Shown here piece after piece: positions 24,330 through 36,700 of a DNA stretch of 64,000 nucleotides. Each line of letters starts with the position of its first letter. The stretch's first letter is position 1. The stretch comes from Scyliorhinus canicula (taxonomy: Eukaryota): NCBI RefSeq assembly GCF_902713615.1, contig NC_052164.1, positions 105,600,989 through 105,664,988 on the forward strand. The letters run 5' to 3'. The notes beneath the pieces were generated by a model, which was not told the DNA's origin, ran no database searches, and worked only from the letters and a program-made list of their open reading frames with translations. The position numbers and the translations under genes were made by a program.

Positions 24330-24730
24330 CTGCTGCAGTTCACCCTCCGGCCGGGTGGTGGCGGCCGCGGGGAAGGAAACTCCCGGTGGCTCAGCCGGTT
24401 GCTCAGGCGGGGCGGCGGCAGCGGGAGGCCGGGGAGCGGGAGGCCGGGGAGCGGGGAGCCTGAGGCCGGGGAGCGGCAGCGGGAGGCCGGGGAGCGGCAG
24501 CGGGAGGCCCGAGGCCGGGGAGCGGGGAGCGGGAGGCCTGAGGCCGGGGAGCGGGAGGCCCGAGGCCGGGGAGCGGGAGGCCCGAGGCCGGGGAGCGGGG
24601 AGCGGGAGGCCTGAGGCCGGGGTGATGGCCGGGGTCGGGGTTTGCCAGTCGGTTTTCCCGGATTTGGGCGCCGAGGATTCGGGTCCGACTCTGATCGAGA
24701 GTCTGTGCATGAACTGCCTGGAAAATGTGA
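24330..24730 (+). promoter_or_regulatory. ZPR1 CpG-island promoter/5' UTR with GC-rich tandem repeat (ggggagcgggaggccYgaggcc)
   Basis: CpG-dense region ending at the ZPR1 ATG. Confidence 0.75.
24625..24726 (+). CDS. ZPR1: ZPR1 exon 1 (MAGVGV...[11 protein letters not shown])
   Basis: gtgATGG start; donor gtgagg. Confidence 0.88.
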
Positions 24731-27700
24731 GGAGAGAGGGGATATGGGGTTGGGGGGGTGTTGGAGTGGGGGGGTGTGGGGGGTGGGGGGGGTGTGTAGG
24801 GGGTGGGGGGGTGTGTAGGGGGTGGGGGGGTGTGTGGGGGGGGTATGGGTGCGGTGTGGGTGTGGGGGTGGAGGGGGGGTGAGGGGGGTGGGTGGGTGAG
24901 GGGGGTGTGTGGATGAGGGGGGTGGGGGGTGGGGGTGGGTGAGGGGGGTGGGTGGGGGTGAGGGGGTTGTGTGGGGGTGAGTGGGTGAGGGGGGTGTGGG
25001 TGGGTGAGGGGGGTGTGGGTGGGTGAGGGGGGTGTGTGGGTGAGGGGGGTGTGGGTGAGGGGGGGTGTGGGGGAGGGGGTGGGAATGGGCCAAGGGGAGA
25101 TGTGGGGAGATGTGGGAAGCTGGGAGGGGAGGGAGGAGATTGTGGGGGGAGTTGCTTCAAAATCAAAGTTCCACAACTGCCATTGGTGCTCAGAGCTGGG
25201 GAGCTGAGAATGTAGCCGTGGGGCCACCCGGGGCTGCGCCACACGGGGCTGTGGGCCACACGGGGCTGTGAGCCACACGGGGCTGTGGGCCACACGGTGG
25301 GCCCACATGCGGCTGTGAGCCAGACCATGGGATGTCCTGTTCTCCAAATGTGCTTTTTGCAATCTGCACATGTCGGCAGCACGCCAGTGATTTAAATAAA
25401 TGCCAGAAAATCTCAGCGGGTCTGGCAGCGACTGTGGAGAGAGAGAAACAGTTAACTATCTTCGAGCTGATCAATTGATTGGATACGATCAGTGATGGTG
25501 ACTTCACCAATTCCTCTCGACATTCCAGGCTCTGAGCAGTAATGTGACAGATCTTTTCATCTGTTTTATTGAATGGATGATGATGATCACATCAATATTT
25601 CTTTCTGTTTTTGTTCCTTTCCAAAGGGGATGACTCGGTTGCTGTTAACTAAAATTCCATTCTTCAAAGAAATTATTGTGAGTTCTTTTGCCTGTGAGAA
25701 CTGTGGATGGGTTAACAATGAGATCCAGTCAGCAGGGAAGATTCAGGAGCAGGGCGTGCAGTATAAACTGCGTGTTTCTTCCAAAGAGGTGAGTTAGTGC
25801 CTGTACTTGGTGCTCTTATCAGAAATTGAAATATTTGTTTCTGACTCAGTGAAATTACTTTTCTCATTCTATTCAGTGTGACGCATGGGTTTTGGCCGAT
25901 ACTCTAGAGTTTAGAAGAATGAACGGTCAATTTGCTGAAACATGTAAGAGTCTCAGGGGCTTTGACAGGGTAGATTTTGAGAGGCTGTTACCCCTCATGG
26001 GGGAATCTAGAACTAAGGGACACAGTTTCAGAATAAGGGATCTCCCATTTAAAACAGAAATGAGGAGGAATCTTTGAGATGGTGAGTCTGGAATTTTCCT
26101 CGGCAGAGGGCAGTGGAACCTGGGTCATTGGCGGCTCAGCAAGACATGTATTTTTAAAAAATAATTTTTATTCTAATTTTCACATATTCACAAAAAAGAA
26201 AACAATAACAGAAAATTCTAAGAACAAAAAAAAACAGAACCCCCCCCCGCTGTAAATACAAAAGAGAAACAATAAATTAACGCCCGTCGTTGGCAAAAAA
26301 CAGATATTCAACCCAAAACAAAAACAGAGAGAGACCCCCCCACCCCGGGTTGCTGCTGCTGCTGACCTTTTGTTTTTACCGTTCTGCCAGGAGATCTAGG
26401 AATGGTTGCCATCTCCTGAAAAACCCCTGAACTGACCCCCTTAGGGCAAATTTCACCCTCTCCAATTTAATAAACCCCGCCATATCGTTGACCCAGGCCT
26501 CCACGCTTTGGGGCCTCGCATCCTTCCACTGAAGAAGAATCCTCCGCCGGGCTACTAGGGACGCAAAGGCCAGAACACCGGCCTCTTTCGCCTCCTGTGC
26601 TCCCGGCTCCACTGCAATCCCAAATATTGCGAGTCCCCAGCGTGGATTGACCCTGGATCCTACCACCCTCGATACCGTCCTTGCTACACCCTTCCAAAAT
26701 TCCCCCAGCGCTGGGCATGCCCAGAACATGTGGACATGGTTTGCTGGGCCCACAGAGCACCTAATACACCTGTCCTTGGTCCCAAAAATACGGCTCATCC
26801 TTATCCCGGTCATATGAGCCCTATGCAGCACCTTGAACTGTATGAGGCTAAGCCTCGCACAAGAAGAGGAGTTCACCCTTTCTAGGGCATCCGCCCACGT
26901 CCCCTCCTCAATCTCCTCACCCAGCTCCTCCTCCCATTTATCTTTCAGCTCCTCCTCCGAGGCCTCGTCTACCTCCTGCATCACCTGGTACACTTCCGAG
27001 ATCCTCCCCTCTCCAACCCATACCCCCGAGAGCACCCTGTCCTGGACCCCACGCAGCGGCAGCAGGGGGAATCCCGCCACCTGCCGCCTGACAAACGCCC
27101 TTACTTGCATGTACCTAAAGGTGTTCCCCGGGGGGAGCCTGAACTTCCCTTCCAGCTCACCCAGGCTCGCAAACTTCCCGTCTATGAACAGGTCCCCCAG
27201 CCTCCCAACACCTGCCCTGTGCCAACTCAGGAACCCGCCATCAATTCTCCCTGGAACAAACCGGTGGTTCCCCCGTATCGGGGACCCCATCGAGGCCCCC
27301 ACCTCCCCCCTGTGCCGCCTCCATTGCCCCCAAATGTTGAGGGTAGCTGCCACCACCGGGCTCGTGGTATACCTCGTCGGAGGGAGCGGCAGCGGTGCCG
27401 TTGCAAGCGCTTCCAGGCTCGAGCCCACACAGGATGCCATCTCCAGCCTCTTCCATGCTGCCCCCTCCCCGTCCATTACCCACTTACGCACCATCGCTGC
27501 GTTGGCAGCCCAATAGTACCCACAAAGGATGGGCAACGCTAGCCCCCCCCCCCCATCATCCCGGCCCCGCTCCAAGAACACCCGTCTCACCCTTGGAGTC
27601 CCATGTGCCCACACAAACCCCGTAATGCTCCTGTTAACCCGCCTGAAAAAGGCCTTCAGGATAAGGATGGGGAGGCACTGGAACAGGAACAGAAACCTCG

Positions 27701-30700
27701 GGACTGCACCCTACCCGCCAAAGACAGGACAGCATGTCCCACCTCTTAAACTCCTCCTCCATTTGCTCCACCAGCCTTGTGAGATTTAGCTTATGCAAGG
27801 CCCCCCAGCTCCTGGTCACCTGAACCCCCAAGTACCTGAAGCTCCTCTCCGCCCTTTTCAGTGGGAGCCTCCCAATCCCCCCCTCCTGCTCCCCCGGGTG
27901 TACCACAAACAGCTCGCTTTTCCCAAAGTTAAGCTTATACCCTGGGAAATCCCCAAATTCCCAGAGAATCCCCATCACCACCGGCATTCCCCCCACCGGG
28001 TCCGCCACATACAACAATAGGTCATCCGCATAGAGCGACACTCGGTGCTCCTCCCCACTCCGGACCAGCCCCCTCCAATCCCCCAACTCCCTCAGGGCCA
28101 TAGCCAGGGGTTCAATTGCCAGCGCAAAAAGTAGGGGGGACAGGGGACACCCCTGCCTTGTCCCTCGGTATAGTCGAAAATACTCCGACCTCCTCTTATT
28201 CGTGGCCACACTCGCTCAGCTAGACATGTTTGATGGACAAGGGAGTGGGCGTTTATGGGAGGTGGGGTTTGTGGGAGGCAGGGGTTTATGGGAGGCAGGG
28301 GTTTATGGGAGGCGGAGTTTATGGGAGGCAGGAGTTTATGGGAGGCAGGGGTTTATGGGAGGCGGGGTTTATGGGAGGCAGGGGTTTATGGGAGGCGGGG
28401 TTTATGGGAGGCAGGGGTTTATGGGAGGCGGGGTTTATGGGAGTCGCGCAGGAAAGTGGATTTACGACCACAATCGGATCAGCCATGATCTTATCGAATG
28501 ACGGGACAGTCATGATGGACGGAATATTCCACTCATATTTCTTATTCCTCCCCTCCATACTGGAGTGCACATGAATATTGAGAGAGATTTACGGTGATAT
28601 GGTTGGATGTTTCAGCTGTGCCACTGTTGAAATTGATGTTTGTTGTCTAAACTGAGGTATGGCCATTTGATGACAGTTCTGGTGCTGTGAAATCAGTGTA
28701 CCACAACAGTACCATGTGACAGCACACATGTGAAATCAGTGTACCACAGAACGTTACCATGTGAGCACACATGTGAAGTCAGTGTCACACATTACCATGT
28801 GAGAGCACACATGTGAAATCAGTATAACACAACATTACCATGTGACAGCACACATGTGAAATCAGTATACCACAGAACGTTACCATGTGAGAGCACAACT
28901 AGTTGTCTTGATTTTGATGAACTGTGTTCTTTATTTTCAAAATAATTCTGTCAAGCTGTTTAAATTGAATACTGACCTGTACTAGTGGATCTCTTTTTAA
29001 TCGGCCTTCTTGGCACAGTGAATCTTTAATTCTGCTTGACACGATGAATCTATCAGTCTGTGTGTAATCGTGGTGAATCTATCGGTCTGTGTTTAAACGC
29101 GGTGAATCCATTGGTGTGTGTTTAATCTTGCCTGACACGGTGAATCCATCGGTCTGTGATTAATGCGGTGAATCTATCGGTCTGTGATTAATGCGGTGAA
29201 GCTATCGGTCTGTGTTTAATTGCCGTGAATCCATTGGTCTGTGTTTAATCTCGGTGAATCCATTGTACAGGATCTGAACCGTGAAGTGGTGAAAGCTGAC
29301 TGTGCGACAACCAAAATCCCTGAACTTGACTTTGAGATTCCACCGTTCACACAGAAAGGGGGTAAGTAGCTGCTCACTGATTCACACAGAAAGGGGGGTA
29401 TGTAGCTGCTCACTGATTCACACAGAAAGGGGGTAAGTAGCTGCTCACTGATTCACACAGAAAGGGGGGTATGTAGCTGCTCACTGATTCACACAGAAAG
29501 GGGGTAAGTAGCTGCTCACTGATTCACACAGAAAGGGGGTATGTAGCTGCCCACTGAGTCACACAGAAAGGGGGGTAAGTAGCTGCTCACTGATTCACTG
29601 TTTGTACCACTGGACCAGCAGATTCTGGTGCAAAATTCTTATCTGGGTTCCTGAGAAGGGTTCCCGAGAAGGGTGACCAGAATAATATCCTACCGTGGGG
29701 CACTTTAAAGACACATAAGTTGAGAGAAATATAACGGAGGTGTTCAGAATCAGTAGAGATAGGTTATATGGAAATGGGAAAGGTTGGATTTTCATAAAAA
29801 TCCTTGCAGTCATCACTCTCTGCTCACGAAAGAGAATAAATAAGTTCATGATTAAAGAGAGATTTCCAGTTGAGAAAGAGTTATTTACATGTGAAAAGAG
29901 TGGGCAAAGAATGTTCTGAAGCTTTGCTCAATTGTCTTACGAGGTGAGGGGTTTCCTGTGTTTACAGCCACTGTGGTTAATGGGTGGATTTGGCACTGCA
30001 GGTGGTTGCACTATCTTCACAAGGATGCCTTTAATGATCCCATCTGTTCACATCTCTGTGTTTGTAGCCCCTGTTGTAGCACAGTGACAGTTGCCTGTGT
30101 TGGCTCTGTTGTAGCACAGTGACAGTTGCCTGTGTTGGCTCTGTTGTAGCACAGTGACAGTTGCCTGTGTTGGCTCTGTTGTAGCACAGTGACAGTTGCC
30201 TGTGTTGGCTCTGTTGTAGCAAAGTGACAGTTGCCTGTGTTGGCTCTGTTGTAGCACAGTGACATTTGCCTGTGTTGGCTCTGTTGTAGCACAGTGACAG
30301 TTGCCTGTGTTGGCTCTGTTGTAGCACAGTGACAGTTGCCTGTGTTGGCTCTGTTGTAGCACAGTGACAGTTGCCTGTGTTGGCTCTGTTGTAGCACAGT
30401 GACAGTTGCCTGTGTTGGCTCTGTTGTAGCACAGTGACAGTTGCCTGTGTTGGCTCTGTTGTAGCACAGTGACAGTTGCCTGTGTTGGCTCTGTTGTAGC
30501 ACAGTGACAGTTGCCTGTGTTGGCTCTGTTGTAGCACAGTGACAGTTGCCTGTGTTGGCTCTGTTGTCGCACAGTGACATTTGCCTGTGTTGGCTCTGTT
30601 GTAGCACAGTGACAGTTGCCTGTGTTGGCTCTGTTGTAGCACAGTGACAGTTGCCTGTGCTGGCTCTGTTGTAGCAAAGTGACAGTTGCCTGTGTTGGCT

Positions 30701-33700
30701 CTGTTGTAGCACAGTGACAGTTGCCTGTGCTGACTCTGCTGGCTGTCGTTACTATTCACCGTTGATCAGAATACCACAGGTTAGGGCTGCACGGTGGCCT
30801 AGTGGTTAGCACAGCTGCCTCACGGCGCTGAGGTCCCAGGTTCGATCCCGGATCTGGGTCACTGTCTGTGTGGAGTTTGCACATTCTCCCCGTGTCTGCG
30901 TGGGTTTCGCCCCCTCAACCCAAAAATGTGCAGAGTAGGTGGATTGGCCACGCTAAATTGCCCCTTAATTGGAAAAAATAATTGGGTAAACTTAAAAAAA
31001 AAAGAATACCACAGGTTAGGGTGCTTCTCTGTAAACAGTTACAGCTGCAGAGAGTAAAGCAGAGATATGACAGTTATAAAGATTTGACCTGTTACTGTGA
31101 TAGCCCTGAAAACAATTAAACCATCTTTACCATGGGCAGCACGGTAGCATTGTGGATAGCACAATCGCTTCACAGCTCCAGGGTCCCAGGTTCGATTCCG
31201 GCTTGGGTCACTGTCTGTGGGGAGTCTGCACATCCTCCCCGTGTGTGCGTGGGTTTCCTCCGGGTGCTCCGGTTTCCTCCCACAGTCCAAAGATGTGCAA
31301 GTTAGGTGGATTGGACATGATAAATTGCCCTTAGTGTCCAAAATTTCCCTCAGTGTTGGGTGGGGTTACTGGGTTATGGGGATAGGGTGGAGGTGTTAAC
31401 CTTGGGTAGGGTGCTCTTTCCAGGAGCCGGTGCAGACTCGATGGGCCGAATGGCCTCCTTCTGCACTGTAAATTCTATGATCTATGATCTCATCTGTTCT
31501 AATACACAGAATCCTTAGGGTGCAGAAGCAGGCCGTTTGGCCCATTGAGTCTGCATGCCTCTTTATTCTACCTAGTCCCACGCCCAGTCTTATCTCATAA
31601 CCTTACACATTCTCTCTTTTCAGATAACAATCCAATTCCCTTTGAATACTTTGATCAAGCCTGCCTCCAACACCCTCTCAGGAAATTCCTCCCAGACTTC
31701 AAAACTTTTCCTCCTTTTGTTCAATATTTTGAATCTGTTCCCTCTAGTTCTTGATGTTCTCTTGCGAGGGAGCAGTTTCTCATTATTTACCCTGTCCATA
31801 CCCCTCAGAATCGTGAATACCTCTCGCAAATCTCCTCTCCGCCTTCTTTTCTCCAAGAAAAACAGACTCAATCTCTCCAATCCATCCTCATAGGTACAGT
31901 TCTTTATTCCTGGAATAAATATTGTGAATCTCCTCTGTACTCTCTCTAGTGTCTCCACATCCTTCCTCAAGTATGGTGCCCAGAACTGGATACAGTCTCC
32001 AGACGAGGCCCAGCTAGTGTTTTATCCAAGTTCAACATGGCTGCCTTACATTTGTAGTCAATACTGTATAAATAAAACCTAGGATATGATATGATTTATC
32101 AACTGTTCTCAACCTGTCCTGTCATCTGCAATGACTTGTGTACATGTACACTGTGAAGGAGTGTTAATTATTTTTCTATGGATTATATGCATGTATGTTG
32201 CTACTGGTGTATTCACTTGGACCTAAATGCCAGACTGTGAAGTATCTGATCATAGAGCTTCTTTGAATAGATATTGTTTGCCGGTAGTGATGGACTGGTA
32301 CTAATGACTGTATTGGAGCATATTTGCCTGCTGCTTTTAGCAGTTTTGACGAGTTTGGCTCTCCTCTGATCTGTTCCTATTTTTGCAGCACTGTCTACTC
32401 TTGAGGGTCTGATTGACAGAGCTGTTGCTGGTCTAGAGCAGGATCAGCCCACACGAAAGGTAGGTGGTCAGCACTGGTCACTGGTTTGCTGAGAATGTGA
32501 AACAAAGTCCAGTATTGAATGTTTGCTTCACCCCCGACTCCTTTCCCAGAATATCCCCAATGTTCAAGCATCAAGGTATAAGTCCAGGATTCAAGACTAG
32601 GAGAGACGAACATAAACACTGTGAAACTGGGATTAGGAGCTGTCAAACTTGCTTTTTTAATAAAAGAAACTGCATATAAGGTAGAGTTCCAGAGCTTGAA
32701 CTCCTGGTCGTGTGTCGGGTACCCACAAAGCCCTGAGCACGTAATTTCCTGCACTGGCAGATGGCGGCAAAACAGTGTCTAGAATTTGGTATATCGAAGC
32801 AAAGATGAACTAGATTATTCAGTAAGAAGTCTTACAACACCAGGTTAAAGTCCAACAGGTTTGTTTCAAACACTAGCTTTCGGAGCACTGCTCCTTCCTC
32901 AGGTGAATGGCGAGGTACCTCGCCATTCACCTGAGGAAGGAGCAGTGCTCCGAAAGCTAGTGTTTGAAACAAACCTGTTGGACTTTAACCTGGTGTTGTA
33001 AGACTTCTTACTGTGCTCACCCGAGTCCAACGCCGGCATCTCCACATCATAGATTATTCAGAGAATGGCTTGGCATAGCTAGTGCTTATAAAGAGTGAGG
33101 CTGATTGCTAGATGAGGCCATTGCCTTTCACATAATGGTTGTTCAGTCTGTGCGGGGCTGATATGTGGGGTTCCACCCCCACATTGGGAGCAGTGATCCA
33201 GCAGTGAGTTGGGCCTGATCTGTATTTTTTAATATGTATCATTAATGTGGCCTAAAGAAAATCTTTATTTCTTGGTCCTGCTACCCATCCCAGGCAACTG
33301 ATCCTGATGTGGCCTCCAAGATTGAGGAATTTATTGAAAAGCTAACCAAGCTGAAGGATGTAGAGATGCCGTTCACACTGGTAATTTCTGTCTGGGGTGA
33401 TGTATTACTGCGATACTCCTGTCGGTGAGAATTCATTGCGCGGGGGAAGCTGTTTACCTATGTGCACTGAACTGTTCCTCTACCAATCCTGAAACATTGT
33501 ACATGTATATTAGAGGCAATGATGCCCAAATATTCAGAGGCTGATGAAATGGAATGTGCATTAAATAAGTTGGAGCACCAGAGGAAGCTTTTAGTGAATA
33601 TTGATAGACTGGCCAAGAGTTCGCAGAATTCATGGAGTGTCAATAAGAGTAAGGCTTTAAAACAAAAAAAATTATGTTCTGGGGAAAGCTGTGTGCAGAA

Positions 33701-36700
33701 AAGCAGCAGAATTAAATGTTCTTGCACTGTTAGCATATCTGGCAGGCCTGCATTGCCCTTGCGAAGGTGGGGGAAGCCACCATGAGCCACTTCAGCCCAT
33801 GTGGTGCAGGTACTCCCTGCCCTCAGTGTTTTATTGGTTTCTGGGGCCACCTGAAGGCCAGGCCAGGTAAGGGCAGCAGATTTCCTTTCGGAAAGCCCAA
33901 CGGTGAATCAGATGGGTTTTTCTGGCAATCTGGTAGGATTATTATTAATAAGACTGATGTTTTATTCCAGATTAATTAACACAGTTGAGTTTAAATTCCC
34001 CCGGCTGCTGGAAGTGGCACCTCTATCTGGAATGTTAGTCCGGGCCTTTGGGTTACTTGTCCAAATTGCAAAGCCCCTGGGTAATCCGGTTTACAAAACA
34101 TTAACAAGATAACACAATAAAATAAATGACTAGAACCCTACATTCTGCAGCGAGACTGAGAATATAAAAATTTATATAACTGTATGTCTGTAAAATTAAT
34201 GACTGACCACAGCTCCACATAGCAGTTACAGGCTTCACAATATAGCAACAATGCTGTTTAGAGTTGCTACAGCAAAGAATTACTAACATGGCTATGAGGA
34301 AACATAAATGCAACAAAAGACTGGGGGCGGCACGGTGGTTAGCACTGCTGCCTCACAGCTCCAGGAACCCGGGTTCAATTCTGGCCTCAGGTGAATGTGC
34401 AGACTCCACACAGGCATTCTCCCCATGTCTGCGTGGGTGGGTTTCCTCCGGGTGCTCCGGTTTCCTCCCTCGGTCCAAAGATGTGCAGGTTGGTGGATTA
34501 AGCACGATCAATGTACCACCACCATTGCACAGTAGGGTAGCACAGTGGCTAACACTGTTGCTTCACAGCTCCAGGGTCCCAGGTTCGATTCCTGGCTTGG
34601 GTCACTGTTTATGTGGAGTCTGCATGTTCTCCCCGTGTCTGCGTGGGTTTCCTCCGGGTGCTCTGGTTTCCTCTCACAAAGATGTGCAGGTTCGGTGGAT
34701 TGGCCATGCTAAATTGCCCTTAGTGTCCAAAAAGGTTGGGTGGGGTTGTGGGGATGGGGAGAAGGTGTGGACTTGAGTGGGGTGCCTTTTTCATGGGCTG
34801 GTGCAGACTCGATGGATCGGGTGGGCTCCTCCTGCACTATAAATTCTATGATAAAGTAGCAGCCGTGTGTACCATCTACAAGATGCACTGCAGCAACTCA
34901 CCCAGGCTCCTTGGGCAGCTCCTTCCAAACACACCACCACTACCCTCTAGAAGGTTACGGGCAGCAGATACCTGGGAACTCCACCACTTGGAGGCGCCCC
35001 TCCAAGTCTCTCACCACCCTGACTTGGAAAGATATCCTTCACTGTCGCTAGGTCATAATCCTAGAATCCCTTCCCTAACAGCAATGTGGGTGTACCTACA
35101 TCTCGGGGACTGCAGCGGTTCAAGAAGGCAACTCATCACCACCTTCTAATGGGCAACAAATGCTGGCCTAGCCAGTGAAGCCCTCCTACCATATCTTAAT
35201 TTTTAAAAACCCTTGACTTGTTTTCACGTTCAGTTAATCGGGTATCCTTGTGCAGGTTGTGGATGATCCATCTGGGAACAGCTTTGTCGAGAATCCCCAT
35301 GCCCCACAGAAGGATGAGGCGTTAACGATTACTCATTACAAGCGAGATGCTGCACAGGACAGCATGTTGGGGCTGCAGGTAGGTGTGTATATGTGGTGGG
35401 TATGTGTGTTGGCTGAGTTATTAGGATCTGATAAGTCACCACTTTTTGAAATAGTGGCTTTTCAACCTTTGTTTGGGAGAATGTTTAACAAATGTTCCCG
35501 TATAACAGGAAGAGAAATTTCATGGCCATTTATGAAGAATTTACACAGAAACAGGTCACTAGGCCCAGCCCATCTGGTATTGACGATCAAAATGAGCTGC
35601 CTTCATACTGTTTATTTAGCTTCCTGTTAAATGCTTCACTGTTATTCATCTCAACTACTCCCTGTGGTAGTGAGTTGCACACTCACACCGCACAGATAAT
35701 AATGTAGAACTTATTACCACAGGTATAATTGAAGCTTGAAATCCCCAAAGTTAATTAATGAGTTTGTAAGTTATTTGTAGATGTTTCCGAGCTAATCTTG
35801 CTTCCCCTAAATGTTGTTTAAATCCAGTCGAACCCCTACAAAATCGCCGAGAGTCTAACCCCTACAAAATAGTGTGGTGCTGTATGTTGCTGTGATCGTG
35901 AATGATTGAATCTTCTGTGCACCAATGATTTTATTTTGTCCGATATCCTTACAGGCATCTACAGAAGAGGAGAAATCCCAAAACACCAGTGACGATTTCA
36001 GGAATGAAGTGAGTGTTCCCATGAGGACTGTAAACCATAACTGATATTGAGGAAGTATTAGTAAAGCTGACTATATAAAGTTGATATGTCTCCAAGACCT
36101 GATGAATACATTCAAGAATACTGAGGGAAGTAAGGGTGGAAATGGCAGAGGCACTGGCTGCAGTCCTGGAATCATCCTCAGATAGTTTGGGGGGGGGGGG
36201 GGGGGGGGGCGTGGTTTCCTGGACATCAGGTGTTCATGTCCTGGTACATGTAAGATTGAGGGGGGCTGTGTGTTTCATGTATATCATTTCTATATTTCAA
36301 AAGCTCATATTTCAGGGGCTGGTTTAGCTCACCGGGCTAAATCGCTGTCTTTTAAAGCAGACCAAGCAGGCCAGCAGCACGGTTCGATTCCCGTACCAGC
36401 CTCCCCGGACAGGCGCTGGAATATGGCGACTAGGGGCTTTTCACAATAACTTCATTGAAGCCTACTCGTGACAATAAGCGATTTTCATTTCTTGACATTC
36501 AGAGTAGACTTTCCTTAGAAGTGGGTTAGGAGTAGCTGGGTGATTTTAAACTCTGCATCCAGTAGCCAGACTTGACCAGCAGATATCTGACCCTAAAACG
36601 ATCGGTTATAATCTTAACAGAAGAGGAAATCTGTGTTACTAAATGATGTGTTTCCATCTCTATAGGTGTTGCAGTTTGGTACCAACTGTCCAGGGTGTAA

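Noticed and set aside
24256-24624. In-frame 123-aa N-terminal extension of ZPR1
   Set aside because: ATG lies upstream of the CpG island; the frame stays open because the GC repeat lacks stops; no ZPR1 similarity
30017-30759. CRISPR-like 35-bp array and three overlapping ORFs
   Set aside because: Head-to-tail repeats without spacers, no cas genes, eukaryotic intron
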